64,000 nucleotides of DNA, taken from Gekko japonicus. Taxonomy: Eukaryota. Numbering within the stretch: position 1 is the first letter of the stretch; every line of letters starts with the position of its first letter. Under the pieces are notes generated by a model. The model searched no databases. It saw only the letters and a program-made list of their open reading frames with translations, and was not told where the DNA came from. The translations under genes were made by a program, and so were the position numbers. The DNA lies in contig NW_015160837.1 in the NCBI RefSeq assembly GCF_001447785.1, positions 261,415 to 325,414 of the forward strand, in the 5' to 3' direction. Of this stretch, positions 55,843 to 64,000 are shown in pieces.

Positions 55843-56162
55843 AGAATCCCCTGAACTGCAAGGAGATCAGATCAGTCCATCCTAAAAGAAATCAGCCCTG
55901 ACTGTTCCCTGGAAGGCCAGAGACTGAAACTGAAGCTCAAATACTTTGGCCACCAAATGAGAAGGGAGCACTCACTGGGGAAGGCCCTGATGCTGGGAAA
56001 GACTGAAGGTCAAAGAAGACGGGGACGGCAAAGGATGAGATGGCTAGACAGTGTTGTAGAGGCAATGAACATGAAATTAAGCAAACTCGGGAGCACAACG
56101 GAAGACAGGAGGGCCTGGCATGATGTGGTCCATGGGGTTGCAAAGAGTCGGACTGAACAACA
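55843..56162 (+). mobile_element. BovB/RTE LINE 3' end
   Basis: SILKEISPDCSLEG..LKYFGH..GKTEGQRRRGRQRMRWLD..VHGVAKSRT; CTGAACAACAA tail. Confidence 0.9.
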
Positions 56163-56317
56163 AATATATATTCTGCTTACTGCATTCTTTTAGGGTTTCT
56201 GGCATTGTTATTTGTAGTCTGTTGATCTCTCTGAAAGTGGTGTGTTCCTGTGACTGGATTGGAGATTGATGTTAAATAGCACGGGAGTCTTTATGACTCT
56301 TTTTCTGTTACAAACAG

Positions 56318-56470
56318 GTGGAAGTGACGTCAGCATGCTGAGGATGTTGCACAGCAACCCTCTTGTTTTTGGGCAAAACTCTATGATTTGAGGGTGAATT
56401 TACCACAGGGTTTTGCCCGAAAACAACAGCATCGCCATGCAACATCCCCGACATGTTGACATCACTTTCG
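56318..56470. mobile_element. Palindromic core of a MITE related to 62803-63196
   Basis: GGAAGTGACGTCAGCATG..TTTTGGGCAAAACTCTATG / CACAGGGTTTTGCCCGAAAA..CATGTTGACATCACTTTC inverted arms. Confidence 0.6.
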
Positions 56471-56556
56471 AGTGACATCAGCATGCTGTGGCACTCTGCT
56501 GCACTCATGGAAAGTTCCCTCCCATCCCCCCCACTTGTGCGGCATTTGGACCTGTG

Positions 56557-57232
56557 TGTCACGGTAGAGCCAGGGAGGCAGGCAGACAGGGGGAGTCACA
56601 ATACAAGTCCAAAGGTCAGCCAGGAGAGCAGTCAGCAGAGCATTAAACAAGTCCCAAAACACCAGACAAAGCTGTAGTCAAACGTAACCAGAGGTCAGAA
56701 TACAGGGAGCAAAGCCGAGGGCATGGTCAGGTTCAAAGCTGGAATTCAGGAGCCAGAGCAGTCCAAACACAAGCCAAGGCCAAAAAGCCACCGAGTCAAA
56801 CAGGAATCAAGGTGCAGAGCTTCTGGTTCTACAAACGAGGTTGCCAGCACAAATTGCTCATGGCCAGAGGCCCTACTAAATAGTGCTCTGGCCCATTAAC
56901 TCATTAGCATCTTTGTGTGAGGTCCTGGCTGCTGTTAAAACTCAGGGCTCAAGGATCTCCGCCCTCTTGAACATGCTTCTTTTCGTCGGCTAGCCAGCTC
57001 CTNNNNNNNNNNNNNNNNNNNNNNNNNNNNNNNNNNNNNNNNNNNNNNNNNNNNNNNNNNNNNNNNNNNNNNNNNNNNNNNTCGTGTAGTTGACTCAGAT
57101 TGCTGTGTATCGTCCTCAGTACTTACAGTAGGTACAGATCCTGATGTTTCTTCAGCTCTTAAAGGCACTGAATCCTCCCCTCTTAGGCTGCCAGGAGCTG
57201 GCTCTGGGGCTGAGTCAAGGGCAGGCATGACA
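56557..57232 (-). mobile_element. Solo LTR (Gypsy-like)
   Basis: TGTCA..TGACA termini; 5-bp TSD CTGTG at 56552-56556 and 57233-57237; contains an N gap. Orientation inferred. Confidence 0.75.
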
Positions 57233-57272
57233 CTGTGTCGCATTTGGACCCTAGTTTAAAGGGTTTATTACC

Positions 57273-57629
57273 TTGCTGGAGAAGACTCTTGAGAGTCCCT
57301 TGGACTGCCAGGAGATCTAATCAGTCCATCCTAAAGGAAATCAACCCTGACTGTTCCCTGGAAGGCCAGAGACTGAAGCTGAAGCTCAAATACTTTGGCC
57401 ACCAAATGAGAAGGGAGCACTCACTGGAGAAGACCCTGATGCGGGGAAAGACTGAAGGTCAAAGAAGACGGGGACGGCAAAGGATGAGATGGCTAGACAG
57501 TGTCATAGATGCAAGGAACATGAAGTTGAGCAAACTCAGGAGCACGACGGAAGACAGGAGGGCCTGGCATTATGTGGTCCATGGGGTCGTGAAAAGTGGG
57601 ACTCGACTGCAACTGAACAACAACAACAA
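57273..57629 (+). mobile_element. BovB/RTE LINE 3' end
   Basis: CWRRLLRVPWTARRSNQSILKEI..RRRGRQRMRWLD; (CAA)n tail. Confidence 0.92.
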
Positions 57630-57974
57630 ATATGTTTAGGTAGTGACCGCATGTGTGAAATTATTTTAGTTCAAACTTTAGGGGGGGAAAGCCTACAGCA
57701 GAGCTGGACGTAAGGTTACCACCCTCCAGGTATGGTCTGGAATTCTGGAATAACTGATCTCTGGATCACCTGTGTTCTTGACCCTTGCCTTTCCTGGCTG
57801 ATAAAAGCTGTCAGATGGGGACTGGCTAAGTGGATAAGGGGAGTGGTAAAAATTTCCTTAAGAGTGGGAGTTACACCACCTACAACCAAGTAGGTAGTAT
57901 TGAGACCCGTTCTGAAAATACCCTCCCTGAGCCCTACTGTGTTGGAGAACTTCCGGGCACTAGACAGGGGGAAT

Positions 57975-58345
57975 GTGACCCTGCTAGTCCTGCTAGATCT
58001 CTCCGTGGCCTTTGTATCCTGCTGAGCAGCTTCTCAGCTCTGGGACTAAGGGGCACCATGTTATGGTGGTTCAAGTCCTATCTGTGGTGGGATTCCTGCT
58101 CTAACCCATGGCTGTTGGTTTGTGGGGTTCCACTGGGTTCAGTCTTATCCCCCATACTATTTAATAGCTATGTAAAGACACTGGGAGAGGTCATGCGGAT
58201 GATACCCAGCTCTGCCTTTCTTTTCCACCTAATTCCGAGGATGCCATTGATGTTCTGAACCTGTGCTTGGTATCAGTATGGATCAGGATGAACAACCTGA
58301 AATTGACAAAACAGAGGTTCTCTTTGTTAGTAGAAAGGCGAACCA
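57975..58345 (+). mobile_element. Internally deleted L2-clade RT fragment
   Basis: LVLLDLS.AF-like, WFKSYL, CGVPLGSVLSPILFNSYV, (Y)ADDTQL and KTEVL-like motifs joined across deletions. Confidence 0.7.
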
Positions 58346-58356
58346 GGATCTGTTCT

Positions 58357-58786
58357 TGTTAAGTCTAATATCCCATCCTCGTCGCCAATTGTTAAGTCGC
58401 TCGCTTAACAAAGAAGTCGGAGAGTGATTCAGCAAGAACACAGCTTTATTCTTCAACTCAAACACAACTCCAACACGGATCAACATTGATAGCCAGAACA
58501 GACAGTTCCAATTCTACATTGCAGTTCCCCTGCTTTTAAACTCTCCCGGCTAATGTAGCCACACCCACTGTACAAATACCAACCAATACGGTTGTTCAAA
58601 TAAGGACCAATCACAGACATTCCCGCTCGAGGAGCTTGCTGTAAAGTGATTGGCTAGGTGCTTCCTGGGCTAGCAATACGATTGGATTGATTTGGATCCT
58701 AGCCCAGGACGAAGCTTAACATAGCTTTTCAATCAGATGTTTCACAACACATAATGCATTCAATGGCAGCTTATGAATACATTACA
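58357..58786 (-). mobile_element. Gypsy-like LTR with attached tRNA-Ser primer-binding site
   Basis: 5-bp TSD GTTCT (58352-58356 and 58787-58791); minus strand TGTAAT..AATAAA..GACTTAACA, then AT-TGGCGACGAGGATGGGAT (PBS 58370-58387), then ATTAGACTTAACA. Confidence 0.8.
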
Positions 58787-59062
58787 GTTCTGCTAGCAGA
58801 GGTACTATCCTTTGAATGGGAGGAGGAATACGAGTAGTATGGAAAGAACGACAGGGAAACCAGGACCTCAACTAAGTACATTAAAAATGATAGGCAGCTG
58901 GGTTTTGGTAAATAAAGCAATATTCTGCCTTGTAACCGGATCTCACGATGCCTTCTAGTGTAATTTTTTAAGGGTTAGCTAAATACATGGGGGGAATAGG
59001 CTTGTCACTGCAGGCTATGACATCACAGCATATACAGAGATAGTTAACTTAAAAGAGGTAGA

Positions 59063-59256
59063 ACAAGGTTTGAGTCCAGTGGCACCTTTAAGATCAACAA
59101 AGTTTTATTCTGGGTATAAGCTCCACTTCAGATACACGGTGTGCGTGCACACAAAAGCTTATACCCAGAATAAAACTTTGCTGGTCTTAAAGGGGCCACT
59201 GGACTCACACTTTGTTCTGCTGCTACAGACCAACCTGGATACCCACCTGAATCTAT
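59063..59256. mobile_element. Penelope-type inverted pLTR remnant
   Basis: Inverted arms GAGTCCAGTGG..GGGTATAAGCT / AGCTTATACCC..CCACTGGACTC; 15-bp direct flank CTTAAAAGAGGTAGA at 59048-59062 and 59257-59271. Confidence 0.7.
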
Positions 59257-59280
59257 CTTAAAAGAGGTAGAGCGTCAACG

Positions 59281-59455
59281 AGAGTCAGTGCGGTGTAGTG
59301 TTTAAAGTTAGTCAGACTATGATCTGGGTTCAGATCCTCATTCTTGCATGCAAGCTCACTATGTGACCTTGGGCCAGCAACTTTCTCTCAGCCTAACCTC
59401 AGGATGGTAATGGTGCAAATAAAATGGAAGCAGGGATAACTCCTGTAAGCCACTA
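59281..59455 (+). mobile_element. Old Squam3/MIR-like SINE
   Basis: AGTCAGTGCGGTGTAGTG head, GGTTCAGATCC B box, GACCTTGGGCCAG core. Confidence 0.65.
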
Positions 59456-59612
59456 TCAGGGCTGTAGGGCACCTGAAGCCAGCATCATGCTGTGTTCATG
59501 CAATGTATTTTTTTAAAAAAATCATAATGCAGTTCTGACTGCAGCCTCTAGGGGCACAGGGAAGGCAGAACCTTTTTGTAAACCAAATTTGTGGTAGGGT
59601 ATGAGCTTTCCT

Positions 59613-59668
59613 AGGAGTTGCGGTGGCTCAAGTGGTTAAGACGCTGAACTGCAGGCTGTGGAAGGTCG
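59613..59668 (+). mobile_element. Sauria SINE tRNA head only
   Basis: GGAGTTGCGGTGGCTCAAGTGGTTAAGACGCTGAACTGCAGGCTGTGGAAGGTC, truncated at the ERV-like segment. Confidence 0.75.
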
Positions 59669-61110
59669 TGAAATCACGTCCTCATAAAGTAACATGAAAG
59701 GAAAGTGAGTGTTCACAGAGACAAAAACAGACGATTCTGGCAACTTAAAAGAAAGAAAGTGAGTGCTGGGGCAATCCTGTAAAGGCCATTCAGAGGGCCA
59801 TGCAGAGAAACTGATTACAGGAAAAAGACGTCCTATGCTAGTAGTTAATCCTACCAGAGGGTCTGTAGAGCCAAAACCAGCGTCACCTCGCTCCCTGGCA
59901 CTCCCTCCTGCAGAAATAAGTTGCGCAGGAGAAGAACCTCCTGGGAAGGTCTGAGGAAGATTAGTCCATAATTGAACTTGAAGAATTCCAGTGTAATCTG
60001 GGTCTATGACTCCAGGAACAGCAAAAATCCCTTTTTTGCTGTTAGATGAGCGTGGAAGAATAAGTCCCACATGCCCAGCAGGAAGTGGACCAGAGATTTT
60101 TAAGGGTACCACTATAACTTCTCCTGGGAATTTAAAATGCACTGGCTGTTTTAAAATCAAGTCAATTCCAGCGCAGTCTTTGGTGGCACTGGGTGTAGTC
60201 AAGACAGAGCTTCCCCCTGAGGAGGATTTGGCTTCACGCTCACTGTCTATACTCTGTAAGCTCATGTCCTGAATTCCCTTGCGCGATTCTGTTAAAATAG
60301 GATAGGAAATGGGTTGGTATTCCACTGTGTTAATCCCACCTTCATCTTGGTCTCTAGTGAGATGCACTGGACACACAGATAACATTTCAGAAATCTCTTT
60401 ACTTTCTTCCAAGTAAGGGTTCTGATTTTTTAAATGATCCATAAGAACACTTTGTGGAGAAGGGTGTAAGGGTGGAGGAGTTTTATCTGGTGGAACCACA
60501 GGTGATGGCTGTTGAGGCACTGAGAGTAAAGACTCTAAAATTGTTGGCACTGAAGATTCTAAGGCTTTTGGTGCCAAAGGCANNNNNNNNNNNNNNNNNN
60601 NNNNNNNNNNNNNNNNNNNNNNNNNNNNNNNNNNNNNNNNNNNNNNNNNNNNNNNNNNNNNNNNNNTTCTGTTAATTCTTCAAGATCCCCATCCCCCTCC
60701 TGTAATTTAGTCTCTAGGACTTCTCTAACAACCCGACCAGGAATCTGAGATGGTCGGCGTGGGGTTAAAGCAGAAGGTGTAGAGGAATCATCAGACCTAC
60801 TGGCTCCAGATTCCCACTCCCAATGATAGGCTATTTACATAAAATTACTTCTTGATTGGTTACTTCCAGAGTCCTGGTGGGCTATTGTATTTGGGCTCCA
60901 AGCTCAGCCAGTCTCTGGTAGAACAGTACTGGGATGTTTCAGTCCCAATACATAACAGCTAGAATGAGAGTCCATCCATCCTATGTATTCGAAAGTGGAG
61001 TGATTTCAGATGCCAAATGACTTTAGCAGGCAAATAGAAATAGAAGGTGTGATATGCAGAGAGGTAGTAGGCGTGGACAAATCAGCCTTGGTAATGAGAC
61101 AGGAAACTTA
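59669..61110 (-). mobile_element. Internally deleted class II (betaretrovirus-like) endogenous retrovirus relic
   Basis: Open frame 59636-60577 contains proline-rich gag, capsid-start-like PV..EYQPISYPIL.E.RKGI, dUTPase and protease-like VIS..AWPSEWPL. CCAAT and TATA-like motifs on minus at ~60830-60860 suggest an LTR U3. Outer limits uncertain. Confidence 0.75.
59864..60196 (-). CDS. Retroviral trimeric dUTPase domain within the ERV frame
   Basis: All five dUTPase motifs in order: AGIDL, GLILPRSS, GVIDPDYTG, AQLI, RGDAGFGST. Expression unknown. Confidence 0.85.
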
Positions 61111-61112
61111 GG

Positions 61113-61260
61113 TCTCAAATCAGTCCAGGAGGATGCGTTGTCTTGAGCTTCGTTATCAGTTGCAATTCAGCAGTCTCTTTTTCTAATCTCCTTTTGGCAT
61201 TCCTTTGAAAGATAACTGCTACCTTTAGGTCAGCAACTGAATGTCTTGGAAGGTTAAAAT
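61113..61260 (-). mobile_element. Penelope-like element, GIY-YIG endonuclease C-terminal fragment
   Basis: FNLPRHSVADLKVAVIFQRN..RLEKETAELQLITKLKT..PPGL resembles the HF...H..D.KV..E..I..L.T..P.GLN end of Penelope endonucleases. Confidence 0.7.
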
Positions 61261-61466
61261 CAGGGCTTTTTTTGTAGAAAAAGCCCAGCAGGAATAGCAT
61301 AATAGGCCATACCCAACAGCAGAAACTCAGTAGCATATTAGGCCACACCCCTGACATCACAGTTTATTAGCATATTAGGCCACACCCCCATGTTATCAGA
61401 AGTGTGGTCATCCAGCCACACCCATCTTTTGCTTCTTGTTCTGTTTACCTTGTTCGTTGTCAAAAT
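61261..61466. mobile_element. Partial copy of the internally repetitive hAT MITE
   Basis: CAGGGCTTTTTTTGTAG end, three repeat units and spacer; truncated by a TAGGGCTGCCA-type element at 61467. Confidence 0.75.
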
Positions 61467-61886
61467 AGGGCTGCCAAGCCGCGGCGGGGGATCCATGCAT
61501 CTTCACAGAATCCCTGCCACGGGGGGACAGCGATACGCGTTGCACCGCCATCGCCAGGATGTGACGCTACACGTCGCTCTGGCAACGGGACTCCAAACAG
61601 CCCCATTGCATAAGTGATCAGTAACTCAGGAAAGCTCAAAGGTACGTGCAAAACGCCCGATCTTCACATGCTTGCCCCGGTCAGCGACTCTCAATCCATA
61701 CGGTCACACAGCAGCAGCAACATGCATTTTGAAGACTTCCCATGGAATTTGTACTTATTGGATCTTTTTTGCCAAAAGGAGATTTTTTTTGCCAAAAGGA
61801 GATTAGAAAAAGTCCCGCTAGGCCTGAGGCTGAGCATGTGATGCATGTTGGCTCAGTAGCAGTGCCATCCTAAGCAATGTTATAGC

Positions 61887-62281
61887 CAGGGCTCTTTTTG
61901 TAGAAAAAGCCAGCAGGAACTCATTAGCATAATAGGCCACACCCAACAGAAGAAGCTCATTAGCATATTAGGCCACACCCCTGACAGCACAGCTCATTAG
62001 CACATTAGGCCGCACCCCCATGTTGCCAGAAGTGTGGTCATCTAGCCACACCCACCTTTTGCTTGTTATTCTGTTCACCTTGTTTGTTGTCAAAACCCAG
62101 GGCTTTTTTTGTAGCAGGAACTCCTTTGCATGTTAGGCCACACACCCCTAATGTAGCCAATCCTAATGGGTTTCTGCTGTTGGGTGTGGCCTATTATGCT
62201 AATGAGTTCCTGCTGGGTGTGGCCAACTTGGGAGCCAGCCGGAACTCCGTTCCTGTGCGTACCTGCCCAAAAATAGCCCTG
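61887..62281. mobile_element. hAT MITE with internal repeats (inverted copy of 13602-13997)
   Basis: Both TIRs and the internal end present; TSD not evident. Confidence 0.85.
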
Positions 62282-62351
62282 CATAGAACTGTTATCATTC
62301 GTGGCAGATGAGAAACTACAAATATTACTAGAATAGATGTAGAAAAAAGTA

Positions 62352-62550
62352 AGTTCAGTAGCACTTTAAAGACTAATAAAACTTGTGGAAGGGTATGAGC
62401 TTTTGTGAGTCACTGCTCACGTCTTCAGCTATCTGAAGAAGTGAGCAGTGACTCATGAAAGCTCATACCCTACCACAAATGTTAGGCTTTAAGGTGCTAC
62501 TGGACTCTTTTCTACTTTTACAAACAGACTAACACGGCTACCCAACTTCA
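62352..62550. mobile_element. Penelope-type inverted pLTR remnant with hammerhead motifs
   Basis: ~155-bp palindrome centred at ~62430, then CAGACTAACACGGCTACCC tail. Confidence 0.75.
62430..62470 (+). ncRNA. Minimal type I hammerhead ribozyme motif
   Basis: UAU-CUGAAGA-A-GUGAG(CAGUGA)CUCAU-GAAA-GCUC-AUA: CUGANGA and GAAA core boxes, stem II, palindromic stem III and short stem I. Confidence 0.6.
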
Positions 62551-62566
62551 TCTAGATGAACAGAAG

Positions 62567-62785
62567 TGTGTGTAGTGGTTAGAGGGTCAGACCAGGATCT
62601 TGGAAACCCAGGTTTGAATTCCCACACTGCCATGGAAGCTTGCTGGGTGACCTTGGGCCAGTCACATACTCTCAGCCTAACCTTCCTCACAGGTTTGTTA
62701 CAAGGATAAAATGGAGGAGAGGAGAACAAGATAAATTGATTGGGGTCTCCCACTGGGGAGAAAGGTGGGGTATAAAAGGTATGTA
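62567..62785 (+). mobile_element. Squam3-like tRNA SINE
   Basis: GTGTAGTGGTTAGAG A box, GGTTTGAATTCCC B box, GGTGGGGTATAAA tail. Confidence 0.8.
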
Positions 62786-62802
62786 ATCCTATGCCCTGGA
62801 CG

Positions 62803-63196
62803 TAGGATTGCCAGGCCCCTTTTGCCTGCCAGCGGGGGGATGGGGGGGGACATTCCAGAAATGGGAAGTGACATCGCCCCCCCCATTCCCCCCGACACAG
62901 TGACGCTGCACGCGACATGCCTGCATCACCCAGAAGTTATGTCGGCAACGTTGGTGGTGACGCTCTGGATTTTGGGCAAAACTCTATGGTAGAATTGGCA
63001 TCAAACCATAGAGATTTGCCCAAAATCCTGAGTGTCACCCCCCAACGTGCTGATGTCACTTCCAGGTGATGCCAGCACATCCTGTGTGACATCGCTATTG
63101 GTGGGCGATTCTCCCCCTCTGGCCAACTGGCCAGCCGCGGGCAGGAGCCCACAAAATCAGGAAATCTTCTGCCCCACCAGGCAAATGGCAACCCCA
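62803..63196. mobile_element. hAT (Blackjack-like) MITE with long internal hairpin, inserted in a 5S SINE head
   Basis: TIRs TAGGATTGCCA / TGGCAACCCCA; TSD CCTGGACG/CCTGGATC; central palindrome GATTTTGGGCAAAACTCTATGGT..ACCATAGAGATTTGCCCAAAATC. Confidence 0.75.
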
Positions 63197-63400
63197 CCTG
63201 GATCACCCAAGCTAGAGGTGTCTCATCAGAACTTGGAAACTAAGCAGGGTGAGCCCTATTTAATATTGAGATGGGAGACCACCAAGAAGGTCCAGAGTTG
63301 ATGTGCAGAGGCAAACAATAGAAAACTACTTCCATTTGTCTCTTGCCTTGAAAACCCTATGGCGTCTCCATAAGACAGCTGCCAATTGGCAGGACCTTCC
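63197..63400 (+). mobile_element. 5S-derived SINE (head begins ~62793)
   Basis: AACTAAGCAGGG..GATGGGAGACC..CTCTTGCCTTGAAAACCCTATGG. Confidence 0.7.
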
Positions 63401-63521
63401 ACCATGTAATCCTATTCCGCACTGAAGAGGCTTTGGAAACTAATGGATTGGAATATGGAATACATAGGTGTGTGGCTAGTCTCAAAATGAATGTGCATTC
63501 ATTTGTATACATGTATATGTG

Positions 63522-63870
63522 CAGGGCCTTTTTTGTAGAAAAAGCCCAGCAGGAACTCATTAGCATAATAGACCACACCCAACAGCAGAAACTCATTAGC
63601 ATATTAGGCCACACCCCATGTCTTCCCTTGGCTTGCCTGGGCGCCCTGCGGCTGCAGGAAGCCCGGGCAAGCCGGCCCTTGGACAGGCCAGGGAAGGCAC
63701 GGGGAGGCATTTAAATGCCTCCCTGATCCTTCCAGGGGCCCCCCGGCCCGCCCGCCTTGGAGTCACCAGAGGGGGGGATTGCTCTTCAGGCTTTGGCTGT
63801 AGTGGCCGCGGCCAACTCTGAAGCCAGCCGGAACTCCGTTCCTGTGCGTTCCTGCCCAAAAATAGCCCTG
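63522..63870. mobile_element. hAT MITE variant with GC-rich replaced interior
   Basis: Same two termini as 61887-62281 but a different ~200-bp middle; flanks TATATGTG / TAATATGTG. Confidence 0.8.
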
Positions 63871-64000
63871 TAATATGTGTATATTCCTCCTGATAATTTG
63901 TAACCAAAACAGCAAAAGGTCTCATAGCACCTAAAAAACACAATTGATTGTGGCATAAACTGGTGTAAGCCAGAGACCACCTTGGCCACTTTTACATTCA

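Noticed and set aside
58370-58387. tRNA-Ser gene fragment
   Set aside because: Includes the CCA and sits 2 nt from an LTR end, so it is a primer-binding site.
59864-60196. Host DUT gene or processed pseudogene
   Set aside because: Flanked in frame by gag- and protease-like sequence with retroviral motif spacing; no poly(A) or TSD.
59664-61115. TSD for the ERV relic (AGGTCG / AGGTCT)
   Set aside because: Imperfect, and the right copy is not adjacent to a clear LTR terminus.
48400-64000. Exons of the expected upstream neighbour (SMIM14 in mammals)
   Set aside because: No matching coding sequence or second CpG-island promoter recognised; probably outside the window.

Overview
Eukaryotic (vertebrate) genomic DNA. 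The repeat families (Sauria SINE, Squam3-type SINE, 5S-derived SINE, BovB, CR1) point to a squamate reptile, probably a gecko (inference). The one host gene I can fully reconstruct is UBE2K (HIP2/E2-25K) on the minus strand. It has 7 coding exons (47337-47275, 23846-23753, 20787-20729, 17947-17865, 13519-13420, 11628-11500, 11250-11176), giving a 603-nt CDS and 200 aa. It has a CpG-island promoter at ~47.0-48.4 kb, a GC-AG intron 2 and a ~4.5-kb 3'UTR. The first ~1.17 kb looks like the end of a convergent plus-strand 3'UTR, probably PDS5A by mammalian synteny. Introns and the upstream 16 kb are packed with nested mobile elements: tRNA- and 5S-derived SINEs; CR1, L2, L1 and BovB fragments; a decayed DIRS1-like element; hAT and Tc1/mariner MITEs with target-site duplications (TSDs); Gypsy-like LTRs; and Penelope-type palindromes. 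The most notable items are: (1) a complete 1.85-kb ORF1-only L1-derived ('half-L1'-like) retrotransposon with a 14-bp TSD, plus a divergent second member; (2) a betaretrovirus-like relic reading as one open gag-dUTPase-protease mosaic frame; (3) a hAT MITE family carrying arrays of POU+KLF-like motifs; (4) an LTR carrying its own 18-nt tRNA-Ser primer-binding site (PBS) inside the TSD; (5) an inverted pair of minimal hammerhead ribozyme motifs. N-gaps lie near 7378, 18424, 45577, 46957, 57003 and 60583. Repeat family names are from recall, not database searches. Most short ORFs in the supplied track are spurious.
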